NCBI GenBank assembly: GCA_033722135.1
Contig: JAWVZO010000002.1
Coordinates: forward strand, 1-43,982
DNA: 43,982 bases
Direction of reading: 5' to 3'
From: Gammaproteobacteria bacterium
Lineage (GTDB): Bacteria; Pseudomonadota; Gammaproteobacteria; QNFN01
The notes beneath the pieces are model-generated. The model saw only the letters and a program-made list of their open reading frames with translations, did no database searches and was not told the origin of the DNA. Both the position numbers and the translations under genes were made by a program. Shown piece by piece: positions 30,421 to 40,176 of the stretch. Positions within the stretch are counted from its first letter, which is position 1, and each line of letters opens with the position of its first letter.

Positions 30421-31185
30421 ATGCGCCTCGCCCACTGCACCTGGTCCGACGTCGCCGGTTACCTCGCGCACCGGCAGACGCTGGTGATCCCGATCGGCTC
30501 CACCGAGCAGCACGGCCCGGTGGGCCTGATCGGCACCGACGCCTTGTGCGCCGAGGCGGTGGCCGTCGAACTCGGCCATTCGACCGGGACCCTGGTCGCG
30601 CCCACGTTCGCCTACGGCATGGCGCAACACCACCTCGGCTTCCCGGGCAGCGCGAGCCTCCGGCCGTCGACGCTGATCCGCGTGGTCGTCGACGGCCTCG
30701 AGGGCTGGCAGCGGCAGGGGTTCCGGCGGTTCTTCTTCGTCAACGGCCACGGCGGCAACGACGCCCCGCTCAGGGCCGCGTTCGCCGAACTGCACGCCCT
30801 GCTGGCCCGGGCCGGACGAGCCGGAGTCGCCGAGGTGCGGTGCGACCTGCACAACTGGTGGCAGCTCCCCGGGGTCACCGCGCTGGCCGCCGAACTCTAC
30901 GGCCAGGCCGAGGGATTCCACGCCACACCGAGCGAGGTCGCGCTGACCCAGCACCTGCTGCCGGAGACGGCACGCACCCAAGCACTTCCGCCCCCCGCGC
31001 CGTCCCGCGGCGAAGTGCACGGCGCGGAGGATTTCCGGACCCGCTACCCCGACGGTCGCATGGGCAGCGCGTCTGACCTGGCGCGCCCCGCGCACGGGGC
31101 GCGGTTCCTCGCCGCGGCGGTGGCCGATCTCGTACCGGTCCTGAAAGCGTTTTCCGGGGGCCCGTCGCGGCCCGGGGAGGCGTGA
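30421..31185 (+). CDS. Creatininase-family amidohydrolase (creatinine amidohydrolase/MftE-like fold)
   Basis: LVIPIGSTEQHGP motif, HH..FPGS and NGHGGN blocks characteristic of the creatininase superfamily. Confidence 0.8.
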   Translation: MRLAHCTWSDVAGYLAHRQTLVIPIGSTEQHGPVGLIGTDALCAEAVAVELGHSTGTLVAPTFAYGMAQHHLGFPGSASLRPSTLIRVVVDGLEGWQRQGFRRFFFVNGHGGNDAPLRAAFAELHALLARAGRAGVAEVRCDLHNWWQLPGVTALAAELYGQAEGFHATPSEVALTQHLLPETARTQALPPPAPSRGEVHGAEDFRTRYPDGRMGSASDLARPAHGARFLAAAVADLVPVLKAFSGGPSRPGEA

Positions 31186-32222
31186 TTCACCCGCACGAAC
31201 ATCATCATGGACGTGACAGCGATGCTGAGCCACGGAACCCGGAGGATCCGGGCGGCTCCGGATGGCGCCGCTGGCTGGGCCGGCTGCTGCGCATCCTCCT
31301 GGTCGCGGTCTGTATCGCCTACGCGGTCTGGAACGTCGACCCGACCGCCCTCGCCCGGACGCTGGGCGGCATCGATCCGCTGCGGGTGACGCTGGTCACG
31401 CTGTTCACCGGCCTCGGGTACATCGCCCTGGCGTTTCGCCTGCGCCACCTGAGTCACCACCGCCTGCCGCTGGGCACCGGCCTCGCCGCCTCGCTGGTCG
31501 CGCTCGGCGTCAACAACCTGCTCCCGGCCAAGCTCGGCGAGGTCGCCAAGGCACTCTACCTCCGCGAGCGGGGCGCGATGCCGTTCAGCGAGTCGGTGGT
31601 GATCGTCGGCTGGGAGCGCTTCTTCGACCTCAACGTTCTGGTGCTGATGGCGCTCGCGGGGGCCTCCTCCTACCTCGACCCCTCGCTGCTCGCACCCGCC
31701 GTGGTGGCCCTCCTCGTCGCCTGGGGCATGGCCTGGGGCGTGATCCGCTTCGCCACGCCGGTCCGCTCCGCGATCGCCCGGCTCCCCTCGTCGCGCCTGC
31801 GCGCATTCCTGCACGACGTCCACGCCCACCTCGACACCCGCATGGTGCGCGGCACGCTGCTGGGCACCGCCGTGCTGAGCGTCGTGGTCTGGCTGCTCTA
31901 CGCGGGCGGATTCTGGCTCGTGCTGGCGTGGATCTTCGAACTCCGGCTGACCACCGCCGAGATTCTCGTGGTTTTCGTCGTCGCCGCGTCGGGCATGGCG
32001 CTGCCGTCGTCGCCGGGCGCCCTCGGGGTCTACGAGGCGGCGATCGTGCTGGCGCTCGGCTGGTTCGGCGTGGCCCGCGAACAGGCCCTGGCCGCCGCCC
32101 TGGTGATGCACGCGATCCAGTACCTGCCGACCACCCTGCTCGCGCTCGGTGTCCTGGCCCGGTCGCGCATCCGGCTCGACCGGTTGCGGCCCCGCTCGGC
32201 CGGCGCGTGGCCGGCAAAGTGA
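31182..32222 (+). CDS. LPG-synthase-TM / UPF0104 (flippase-like domain) integral membrane protein
   Basis: The His-rich N-terminus is followed by about 8 TM helices with the family motif NNLLPAKLGEVAKALYLRE. The GTG start overlaps the creatininase-family stop (GTGA), with GGGGAGG upstream. Confidence 0.7.
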   Translation: MIHPHEHHHGRDSDAEPRNPEDPGGSGWRRWLGRLLRILLVAVCIAYAVWNVDPTALARTLGGIDPLRVTLVTLFTGLGYIALAFRLRHLSHHRLPLGTGLAASLVALGVNNLLPAKLGEVAKALYLRERGAMPFSESVVIVGWERFFDLNVLVLMALAGASSYLDPSLLAPAVVALLVAWGMAWGVIRFATPVRSAIARLPSSRLRAFLHDVHAHLDTRMVRGTLLGTAVLSVVVWLLYAGGFWLVLAWIFELRLTTAEILVVFVVAASGMALPSSPGALGVYEAAIVLALGWFGVAREQALAAALVMHAIQYLPTTLLALGVLARSRIRLDRLRPRSAGAWPAK

Positions 32223-32262
32223 GTCACGCGTCACACTTCCACGCCTAAGTACCCGCAAACCG

Positions 32263-32291
32263 TTGACCCGAATCAAAAAAATGTATATTAT
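32263..32291 (+). promoter_or_regulatory. Sigma-70-like promoter for mltD
   Basis: TTGACC-N17-TATTAT in an AT-rich spacer about 35 nt upstream of the GTG at 32326. Confidence 0.5.
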
Positions 32292-32325
32292 CCGCGCATA
32301 ATCAAAAACTTACGAGAACATCGAC

Positions 32326-34020
32326 GTGCCGCCAACACGAACCAGCCGCCTTTTCATCGTCCCGGCGCTGCTGCTCCTCGGCGCATGTGCCATGCCTCCC
32401 GAGCGGGAGGCGAGCACGCCCGGATCGAGGGCTGCCGACGAGGTCGCGACGGAGCGGGGAGAGTCCGGTCCCGCCTTCCACGACGCCGACGCGCCGATCG
32501 CCGAGATCCCGCCGAAGCACCTCGATACCACGAGCGAGGACGACGAGACCGCCCCGTCCGCTGGACGCACCTTGGCCCGGGAGGCTGCCGCGGCGCCGCC
32601 TGACCTGATCGACCGGATCGTTTCGCGATTCGCCCTGCCCGACCACGACCACCCGGAGGCCGTGAAGCAGCGCAGCTGGTTCGTCCGCCATCCCGAATAC
32701 CTCGACCGCGTGGTCGAGCGCGCGCGCCCCTATCTCCACCTGATCGTCGAGGCGATCGATAGCCGCGACATGCCGGGCGAGATCGCGCTGCTGCCGGTGG
32801 TCGAGAGCGCTTTCCAGCCGTTCGCCTATTCCCATGGCCGCGCGGCCGGCCTGTGGCAGTTCATCCCGTCGACCGGCCGCCTCTACGGCCTGAAACAGAA
32901 CTGGTGGTACGACGGCCGGCGCGACGTCGCGGAAGCGACGCGCGCCGCGCTCGACTACCTGGAGAAACTGAACCGGGACTTCGCCGGCGACTGGCTGCTC
33001 TCCCTGGCCGCCTACAACGCGGGTGAGGGAACGGTCATGCGGGCGATCGAGCGCAACCGCAAAGCCGGCAAGCCGACCGACTTCTGGTCGCTCGGGCTGC
33101 CGCGCGAGACCACCGCCTACGTCCCGAAACTGCTGGCCGTCAGCGCCGTTTTCGCCGCGCCGGACGCCTTCGGGCTGGAACTGCCACGCGTGGCCGACGA
33201 GCCGCTGCTGGAAACCGTCGAGACCGGGGGGCAGATCGATCTCGCCCGCGCCGCCGACCTGGCCGGGATCAGCGTCGACGAGCTCTACCTGCTCAACCCC
33301 GGCTACAACCGCTGGGCCACCGACCCCGACGGGCCCCATCGCCTGCTGCTGCCCCGTGAGCGCGCTGAGGCGTTCCGGGCCGCGCTGGCGTCCCTCGATC
33401 CCAACGGCCGCCTGCAGTGGCGCCGCCACCGGATCCGCCCGGGCGAGAACCTCGGCGCGATCGCCTCACGCTACCGGACTACCCCCGACGTGCTGCGCCG
33501 GGTCAACCAGCTCGACGGCGACCTGATCCGCGCCGGGCACCATCTGCTGATCCCGGTCGCCTCGCGGCCCGCCGAGGCCTACACCCGCAGCGCCGACGCA
33601 CGCCGGGGCCGGGTGGCGGACGCCGGACCCGGCGACGGACACCGCCGGGTCTCGCACACGGTGCGCAGTGGAGAAAGCCTGTGGAGCATCGGCCGCCGCT
33701 ACGGCGTGAGCAGCCGCAACCTGGCGCGCTGGAACCGCATGGGCACCCGGGACACCCTCTCCATCGGGCGCGAGCTGACCGTCTGGGTCCCCGACGCGGT
33801 CGCGGTTTCCGGACCTTCTCCGGGGTCGCGCGGCGGCACGCTCCAGCGCATCCGCTACACCGTCCGTCCCGGCGATTCGCTCTACGCGATCGCCGACCGT
33901 TTCGGTGTGAGCCTCCGCGACCTGCGGCGCTGGAACGATTTGGACGGCAGCAACCTCCTCCAACCCGGGCAGAAGCTGATTCTCCACGTCGACGTCACCC
34001 GCCAGGCGAGCGCGGGCTGA
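32326..34020 (+). CDS. mltD: Membrane-bound lytic murein transglycosylase D (SLT domain plus LysM repeats), lipoprotein
   Basis: Lipobox LLLLGAC, SLT catalytic block LLPVVESAFQPFAYSHGRAAGLWQFIPSTG and AYNAGEG, plus three LysM-like repeats (HRIRPGENLGAIASRY; HTVRSGESLWSIGRRY; YTVRPGDSLYAIADRF). Confidence 0.92.
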   Translation: MPPTRTSRLFIVPALLLLGACAMPPEREASTPGSRAADEVATERGESGPAFHDADAPIAEIPPKHLDTTSEDDETAPSAGRTLAREAAAAPPDLIDRIVSRFALPDHDHPEAVKQRSWFVRHPEYLDRVVERARPYLHLIVEAIDSRDMPGEIALLPVVESAFQPFAYSHGRAAGLWQFIPSTGRLYGLKQNWWYDGRRDVAEATRAALDYLEKLNRDFAGDWLLSLAAYNAGEGTVMRAIERNRKAGKPTDFWSLGLPRETTAYVPKLLAVSAVFAAPDAFGLELPRVADEPLLETVETGGQIDLARAADLAGISVDELYLLNPGYNRWATDPDGPHRLLLPRERAEAFRAALASLDPNGRLQWRRHRIRPGENLGAIASRYRTTPDVLRRVNQLDGDLIRAGHHLLIPVASRPAEAYTRSADARRGRVADAGPGDGHRRVSHTVRSGESLWSIGRRYGVSSRNLARWNRMGTRDTLSIGRELTVWVPDAVAVSGPSPGSRGGTLQRIRYTVRPGDSLYAIADRFGVSLRDLRRWNDLDGSNLLQPGQKLILHVDVTRQASAG

Positions 34021-34139
34021 CGAACACACCGTCGCGCGCACCGGTGGCAACGCCGGTTCCCGGGGACTGTCGACCATTCACGAATCCGTGGTAGGTTGCG
34101 GTGCCACCGCAACAGGAAAACCGTCCAAGGAGGCCACCG

Positions 34140-35030
34140 ATGTCCCGATCCGATCCTGCACAGACCCCCGTCGCGTTCCTCGGACTGGGCATCATGGGCG
34201 GGCCCATGGCGGGGCATCTCGCCGCGGCCGGCTACCCCGTCACGGTCTACAACCGGACCGGATCGAAAGCCGAGGCGTGGGTCGAGAAACACGGCGGCAA
34301 GAGCGCGCCCACGCCCAAGGAGGCGGTCCGCGGCGCGGCGATCGCGTTCAGCTGCGTGGGCAACGACGATGACCTCCGCTCGGTCACCCTCGGTGAGGAC
34401 GGGGCGTTCGGCGGCATGGAGAAAGACGCGATCTACGTCGACAACACCACCGCGTCGGCCGACATCGCGCGCGAGCTGGCGGATGCTGCCAGGGAACGCG
34501 GGTTCCACTTCCTGGACGCACCGGTGTCCGGGGGCCAGGCCGGAGCCGAGAACGGCCAGCTGACGGTGATGGTGGGCGGCGACGAGAGCGCCTTCGAACG
34601 CGCCAAGCCGGCGATGGACAGCTACGCCAAGGCGGTGACCCTGATGGGCGAGGCCGGCGCGGGACAGCTGACCAAGATGGTCAACCAGATCTGCATCGGC
34701 GGCCTGGTGCAGGCCCTGGCCGAGGGGCTCAACTTCGCCCAGCGGGCCGGTCTCGACGTCGAGCGGGTCCTCGACGTGATCTCCAAGGGCGCGGCCCAGT
34801 CATGGCAGATGGAGAACCGCGGCAGCACGATGATCCGCGACGAGTTCGAGTTCGGCTTCGCCGTGGACTGGATGCGGAAGGATCTCGGCATCTGCATGGC
34901 TGAGGCGAAGCGCAACGGCAGCCTGCTCCCGGTCACCGCGCTGGTCGACCAGTTCTACGCCGCGGTCCAGTCGCGCGGCGGCAACCGCTGGGACACCTCG
35001 AGCCTGATGCGCCTGCTGACCAAGCCGTAA
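34140..35030 (+). CDS. NAD(P)-dependent beta-hydroxyacid dehydrogenase (3-hydroxyisobutyrate dehydrogenase family)
   Basis: Rossmann motif VAFLGLGIMGGPMAGHL, DAPVSGG, and the C-terminal 6PGDH-NAD-binding-like helix domain. AAGGAGG RBS before the ATG at 34140. Confidence 0.85.
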   Translation: MSRSDPAQTPVAFLGLGIMGGPMAGHLAAAGYPVTVYNRTGSKAEAWVEKHGGKSAPTPKEAVRGAAIAFSCVGNDDDLRSVTLGEDGAFGGMEKDAIYVDNTTASADIARELADAARERGFHFLDAPVSGGQAGAENGQLTVMVGGDESAFERAKPAMDSYAKAVTLMGEAGAGQLTKMVNQICIGGLVQALAEGLNFAQRAGLDVERVLDVISKGAAQSWQMENRGSTMIRDEFEFGFAVDWMRKDLGICMAEAKRNGSLLPVTALVDQFYAAVQSRGGNRWDTSSLMRLLTKP

Positions 35031-35063
35031 GTCGCGGTCCGGGCATCCCGGCACCGTCGCCCG

Positions 35064-35999
35064 GTGGCGCGATTGGCACCGCCGACCGGCAACGGCCAGG
35101 ATCCCGCGGAGGCGCGCACCGGTGCGCTGTTCGCGGCCGGGGCGTTCCTGATCTGGGGCGGCTTCCCGCTCTATTTCAAGCTGGTCGCCGAGATCCCGGC
35201 GGGCGAGGTCCTCGGCCACCGCATCCTGGGCTCGATGCTGTTCGTGGCCCTCCTCCTGTCGCTGCTCGGGCGGTGGCGGGAGGCGCGCGAAGGCCTCCTC
35301 TCTCCGTCTCTCCGGCGGCGCCTGACCCTATCCGCGCTGCTGATCTCGGTCAACTGGCTGGTCTTCATCTGGGCGATCGCCCACGACCGGGTGCTCGACG
35401 CCAGCCTGGGCTACTTCATCAACCCGCTGGTCAACGTCGTGCTCGGCGTGTTGCTGCTGGGCGAGCGATTGCGACCGCTGCAGTGGACCGCGATCGGGCT
35501 GGCGTTCCTCGGCGTGGCGAACCTCGTCTGGCAGCAGGGCGCGCTGCCGTGGATCTCGCTCGTCCTCGCGCTCTCCTTCGGCTCGTACGGGCTGGTACGC
35601 AAGCAGACGTCGATCGGCGCGTTGAGCGCGCTGTTCGTCGAGACCCTGCTGTTGGCCCCGCTCGCCGTCATCTACCTCGTCTACCTCGACCTGGCGGGCG
35701 CGGGACACTTCCTGCGCGGCCCGCTGGCCACCGACGGGCTCCTGGTCCTCGCCGGGGTGCTGACGGCGCTGCCGCTGCTGCTGTTCGGCGGCGCGGCCCG
35801 GCGCCTCCGGCTCTCCACGCTGGGGCTGCTCCAGTACAGCGTGCCGACCGCGCAATTCCTCCTGGCGGTGTTCGTCTTCGGCGAGCCGTTCACGCCTGGC
35901 CACGCCGCGACATTCGCGATCATCTGGACCGCGCTGGGCCTCTACGCGCTCGACCTCCTGCGCCGGCAGCGCGAAGTCGAAAGGCTGCGCGGGCGGTAA
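35064..35999 (+). CDS. rarD: EamA/DMT-family transporter RarD
   Basis: 10-TM DMT protein with the RarD-type N-terminus GALFAAGAFLIWGGFPLYFKLV...EVLGHRI. The start codon is uncertain. Confidence 0.8.
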   Translation: MARLAPPTGNGQDPAEARTGALFAAGAFLIWGGFPLYFKLVAEIPAGEVLGHRILGSMLFVALLLSLLGRWREAREGLLSPSLRRRLTLSALLISVNWLVFIWAIAHDRVLDASLGYFINPLVNVVLGVLLLGERLRPLQWTAIGLAFLGVANLVWQQGALPWISLVLALSFGSYGLVRKQTSIGALSALFVETLLLAPLAVIYLVYLDLAGAGHFLRGPLATDGLLVLAGVLTALPLLLFGGAARRLRLSTLGLLQYSVPTAQFLLAVFVFGEPFTPGHAATFAIIWTALGLYALDLLRRQREVERLRGR

Positions 36000-36017
36000 T
36001 CCCCCGCACTCGGCGGG

Positions 36018-37301
36018 TCACTCGCTGAGCTTGTCGCTGGCCCGCGACAGGCGATCGACCAGCGTACGGAGGAACACCCGGTGGAAGCGGAGCTGGGTGT
36101 CCTTGGAGAGCTGTTCGATCAGCGTGGCGTTGATCTTCATGATGCTGACCAGGCTGGTGACCAGGATGGTCGCGGTGCGCTTGGTCTTGGTGATGTAGCC
36201 CATCTCGCCGAAGCAGTCGCCGCGGCGCAGGATGGCGATCGACTTGGTGCCCTTGCGCACCAGCACCGACCCGGTGACGATGACGTAGAACGCGTCGTCG
36301 ATCTCACCCTCGGTGATGATCTCCTCGCCGGGCTGGTAGTCCTGCCAGACGGTCGCGCGCAGGATCTCCCAGATCTCCGTATCGGCGAAATCCTGGAAGA
36401 AGTCGAGCTGGCGCACGGCGTTGTAGCGTTCCTGGTTGTAGAGGTCGTCCTCGGCCTCACCGAGGTCGCCGACGGTACTGAGCTCGGCGGCGAACTCGAG
36501 TCCGGACTGGAACCGCTTGTCGGGGTCCTTGGCCAGAGCGCGCTCGATGACCAGCTCGAGGTCGGCCGGCAGTTCGTTGCGGAAGAAACGCAGCTTGGCG
36601 GGCTCGTCGTTGATCACCTTGTTGAGCAGGGTCGAGATCTTGTCCGAGGCGAACGGGTGACGGCCGGTGAGCAGCTCGTAGAGGATCACGCCGAGGGAGA
36701 AGAGATCGGTCCGGCTGTCGACCTCCAGGTCGTTGATCTGCTCCGGCGACATGTAGAGCGGTGAACCCATAACGCCGAGCGGCTGGGTCACGGACATGTC
36801 GCCCTCGGTGAACAGCGCGATGCTGAAGTCGCCGACCTTCACGTCCATGTCCGGGGTCACGAGGATGTTGCCGGGCTTGATGTCGCGGTGCACGACGCCG
36901 TTGCGATGGGCGTAGTCGAGCGCCTTGGCACATTTGAAGACGATCTCGATGACCTTGTCGACCGGCAGCAGCGACTCGGGCTTGCAGAACGGCTTGAGGG
37001 TGTTGCCGTCCTGGATCAGCTCCATGACGATGTAGCAGATGTCGCCCTCGACGCCGGCGTCGAAGATGCTGAGGATGTTCGGGTGGTGCAGGCGCCCGGC
37101 CGTGTGCGCCTCGTTGAAGAACATCTTGCGGTTGCGCGCCGCCCGGTCGCCGCCGACGACCGAATCGTTGTGCTGGACCTTGATCGCCACCTCGCGGTCG
37201 ACGAAGGAGTCGTAGCCGAGGAACACGATGCCCATGCCGCCGCGGGCGATCTCGTCGAGCACCTCGTACTTGCCGAGCCGGCTCGGTATCCCTTCGGTCA
37301 T
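36018..37301 (-). CDS. Hanks-type Ser/Thr protein kinase fused to a C-terminal cyclic-nucleotide-binding (cNMP) domain
   Basis: Kinase motifs ARGGMGIV, VAIKV, HRDIKPGNIL, DFS and SPLYMSPE. The C-terminal cNMP signature is GDCFGEMGYITKTKRTATILV. ATG 37301 has GGAGAC upstream. Confidence 0.88.
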   Translation of the reverse strand: MTEGIPSRLGKYEVLDEIARGGMGIVFLGYDSFVDREVAIKVQHNDSVVGGDRAARNRKMFFNEAHTAGRLHHPNILSIFDAGVEGDICYIVMELIQDGNTLKPFCKPESLLPVDKVIEIVFKCAKALDYAHRNGVVHRDIKPGNILVTPDMDVKVGDFSIALFTEGDMSVTQPLGVMGSPLYMSPEQINDLEVDSRTDLFSLGVILYELLTGRHPFASDKISTLLNKVINDEPAKLRFFRNELPADLELVIERALAKDPDKRFQSGLEFAAELSTVGDLGEAEDDLYNQERYNAVRQLDFFQDFADTEIWEILRATVWQDYQPGEEIITEGEIDDAFYVIVTGSVLVRKGTKSIAILRRGDCFGEMGYITKTKRTATILVTSLVSIMKINATLIEQLSKDTQLRFHRVFLRTLVDRLSRASDKLSE

Positions 37302-37442
37302 GTTCCTGTCTCCTCGGGTGCGGCATGAGGGTGCATGGGGTGCCGTGCATTCTAGCCGCGCGTGCACGTCGCGACCATGCCGGCCGAGGCGGCATGGCCC
37401 GGTGATTCCCGCATGGGAACGCGCGTGAGTCCCGCGTGGACG

Positions 37443-39173
37443 CTACGACTCGAGCGAGGTGTCGTAGAAACGGATACCGTCGCGGCCCGACGCCTTGGCG
37501 CTGTACATCGCCACGTCGGCCTTGTGGGTCAGCGTGTCCGCATCCTCGCCGTCGAGCGGGAACATGCTGACCCCGATGCTCGCCCCGAGCTGGTGCCGCA
37601 CCCCCTGGACCTCGATCGGACGACAGATCTCCTCGTGGATCTTCTCGGCAACCGTGGCGGCGTCCTCGGGATGCTCCATCGCCCCGACGATCACCGTGAA
37701 CTCGTCGCCGCCGATACGTGCGACCGTGTCCGCGCTGCGCACGCTGTCGGCGAGGCGGTCGGCGATCTCCTTGAGCACGCCGTCACCGACGTTGTGCCCG
37801 TAGCGGTCGTTGATCGGCTTGAACCGGTCGAGGTCGATGAACAGCACGGCGAGTTCCTTGCCCTCGCGCTTTGCGAGGCGGATCTGCTGGCCCAGCCGGT
37901 CAAGGTAGAGGGTGCGGTTGGGCAACGCGGTGAGCACGTCGTGGTGTGCGAGGTGCTTGAGGTGCTCCTCGGTCATCTTGCGCTGGGTGATGTCGGAGAA
38001 GATGCCGATCATGCGCGTGATCCGGCCCTCGTCGTCGCGTATCGCGGTGATGGTGAGCCATTCCGGGTAGATCTCGCCGTTCTTGCGCCGGTTCCAGATC
38101 TCGCCGCGCCAGCTGCCGTTGTCACGGATCTCCTGCCACATGTCGGCGTAGAACGCCTCCTCGTGACGCCCCGACTTGAGCAGGTTCGGCTTGCGACCGA
38201 CGGCCTCGGCGGCGGTGAATCCGGTGATCGTCGTGAACGAGGGGTTGACCGACTCGATCACCCCGTCGGAGTCGGTCACGACGATCCCTTCGAGGGCGTT
38301 GTCGATGATCAGCGAGGCGAGCTGCAGTCGCTGCTCGGCCTGCTTGCGGTCGGTGATGTCGACCACTAGGCCCTCGATCGCCGCGATCCGGCCCTTGTCG
38401 TCGACGCTTCCCGCCCCCTGCTCCCAGACGTGCCGCGTATCGCCGTTCCGGGTGTGAATGCGGTACTCGAGCTGGTAGCGCTCGCCCTCGGCAAGGGCCC
38501 GGGCGATGTTCTCGTCGACCCGCTGCCGGTCGTTGGGATCGATCATCTCGCCGAAACGCCCGGGGCGGCGTAGCAGTTCCTCGTCGGACAGTCCGGTCAG
38601 CTCGATGCAGCCCTCGCTGACGAAATCGAGGACATGACCGGGGCGCGCCGGCCCTCGGTAGGCCATCCCCGGCAGGTTGCCGAGGAGGGTCTCCATCTGC
38701 CGCTGGCTCTGGCCGAGTTTGCGCGACAGCCGGGCGTAACCTTCGCTCTCGCGCTGGATCTTCCGGTTGGCATCTTCGAGTTCGCGCGTGCGCTCCGCGA
38801 CCCGCTTCTCGAGCACGTGCTGGGCACGGCGCAGCTCGACCTCGGTCTCGCGGAGCTCGTTGATCGCCGGCATCCAGCGAGCGAATCCGTAGGCGAGGCA
38901 GACCACCGCGCCGAGTTGGCCGATGTAGCGGGTCAGGAGATCATCGACACCTGACCAGGCCCTGGGGAGAATCTCGCGCAGTCCCGTGCTGCTGAAGCCG
39001 ATCTCGATCAGCATGCCGAACAGCAGCAACGAGAACCCCACGCTGATCGCGAGCCAGCCGGGGACGCGTTCGACGTCGAGTCGCCTGCTGTGGCGCACGA
39101 AAACGATCAGCACCAGGCAAGTCAGCCCGGCCGCAAGCAACTGGGCAAGCAGCAGCAACTCGTCCAAGGTCAC
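37443..39173 (-). CDS. Membrane-anchored PAS-PAS-GGDEF diguanylate cyclase
   Basis: N-terminal TM helices, a coiled coil and two PAS-like modules. The active site RIGGDEF has an RSAD I-site 5 residues upstream. The GTG 39173 start has GGGAGG upstream; the longer ORF to 39440 would run into the fabI start region. Confidence 0.88.
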   Translation of the reverse strand: MTLDELLLLAQLLAAGLTCLVLIVFVRHSRRLDVERVPGWLAISVGFSLLLFGMLIEIGFSSTGLREILPRAWSGVDDLLTRYIGQLGAVVCLAYGFARWMPAINELRETEVELRRAQHVLEKRVAERTRELEDANRKIQRESEGYARLSRKLGQSQRQMETLLGNLPGMAYRGPARPGHVLDFVSEGCIELTGLSDEELLRRPGRFGEMIDPNDRQRVDENIARALAEGERYQLEYRIHTRNGDTRHVWEQGAGSVDDKGRIAAIEGLVVDITDRKQAEQRLQLASLIIDNALEGIVVTDSDGVIESVNPSFTTITGFTAAEAVGRKPNLLKSGRHEEAFYADMWQEIRDNGSWRGEIWNRRKNGEIYPEWLTITAIRDDEGRITRMIGIFSDITQRKMTEEHLKHLAHHDVLTALPNRTLYLDRLGQQIRLAKREGKELAVLFIDLDRFKPINDRYGHNVGDGVLKEIADRLADSVRSADTVARIGGDEFTVIVGAMEHPEDAATVAEKIHEEICRPIEVQGVRHQLGASIGVSMFPLDGEDADTLTHKADVAMYSAKASGRDGIRFYDTSLES

Positions 39174-39220
39174 GGGCCTCCCTGACACCGCCCCGGTCGC
39201 CGATGGGGCACCCCTCCTGC

Positions 39221-39250
39221 CCCGGCATGGAACTACCTTACCATGCCGGG
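39221..39250. repeat. Perfect 10-bp inverted repeat CCCGGCATGG-N10-CCATGCCGGG in the divergent cyclase/fabI intergenic region
   Basis: Read directly from the sequence. Function unknown; it could be an operator or a leader hairpin. Confidence 0.7.
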
Positions 39251-39363
39251 CCCGACCGCGAGGCGGACGGCGCGCTTCACGCTGGGCGTCGATTTCTGTA
39301 TTTTTGACCCGCGGCCGTGCCGCGTCCGTCGTATTGTATCCACCACCGCCACGGGGAAGAGTA

Positions 39364-40146
39364 ATGGCCCTACTCGCCGACAAGCGCGTCCTGATCGTCG
39401 GGGTCGCAAGCGAACGTTCGATCGCCTGGGGCATTGCCAAGGCGATGCATCGCGAAGGCGCGCAAATCGCCCTGACCTACCAGAACGACAAGCTCCACGA
39501 GCGGGTCTCGAAGCTGGCGGAACAGGTCGAGGCCGACCCCGTCCTGCCGCTCGACGTCGCCGACGACGGCCAGATCGAGGCCGCCTTCGCCAGGCTGGAC
39601 GAGGAATGGGGGGGGCTGGACGGCATCGTGCATGCCGTTGCCTACGCACCGCGGGAGCAGCTTGCCGGACGCTACGTCGACGCGGTCGACCGCGAGGGGT
39701 TCCGCATCGCGCACGACATCAGTTCCTACAGCCTGGCCGCGCTGACCCGTGCCGGGCGGCCCCTGATGCACGGCCGCAACGGTGCCGTGCTGACCCTGAC
39801 CTACCTCGGCGGCGTACGCACCTGCCCCCACTACAACGTCATGGGCCTGGCCAAGGCCAGCCTCGAGGCGAACGTGCGCTACCTTGCGGAATCGCTCGGC
39901 GAGGAGGGCATCCGGGTCAACGGGATCTCTGCGGGCCCGATCAAGACGCTGGCCGCCGTCGGCATCAGCGACTTCCGCAAGCTGCTCGACCACACCGCGG
40001 CCAACGCGCCGCTGCGCCGCAACGTGACCATCGACGAAGTCGGCAATGCCGCGGCGTTCCTCTGCTCGGATTACGCCTCGGGCATCACCGGTGAGATCCT
40101 CTACGTCGACGCCGGATACAACACGACCGGCATCACCATACGCTGA
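39364..40146 (+). CDS. fabI: Enoyl-ACP reductase FabI (NADH-dependent)
   Basis: [38 protein letters not shown] is near-identical in pattern to E. coli FabI, and the Tyr/Lys catalytic region is present. Convergent with ppiD as in Pseudomonas. Confidence 0.95.
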   Translation: MALLADKRVLIVGVASERSIAWGIAKAMHREGAQIALTYQNDKLHERVSKLAEQVEADPVLPLDVADDGQIEAAFARLDEEWGGLDGIVHAVAYAPREQLAGRYVDAVDREGFRIAHDISSYSLAALTRAGRPLMHGRNGAVLTLTYLGGVRTCPHYNVMGLAKASLEANVRYLAESLGEEGIRVNGISAGPIKTLAAVGISDFRKLLDHTAANAPLRRNVTIDEVGNAAAFLCSDYASGITGEILYVDAGYNTTGITIR

Positions 40147-40176
40147 GCCGCCCGGCCGAGGACCGGCCGACCCGGC

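Noticed and set aside
39174-39440. 5' extension of the diguanylate cyclase ORF to 39440, and the 38986 start of the fabI ORF.
   Set aside because: The extensions would overlap each other and the true fabI start. GTG 39173 (with GGGAGG RBS) and ATG 39364 give proteins that begin at the conserved N-termini.
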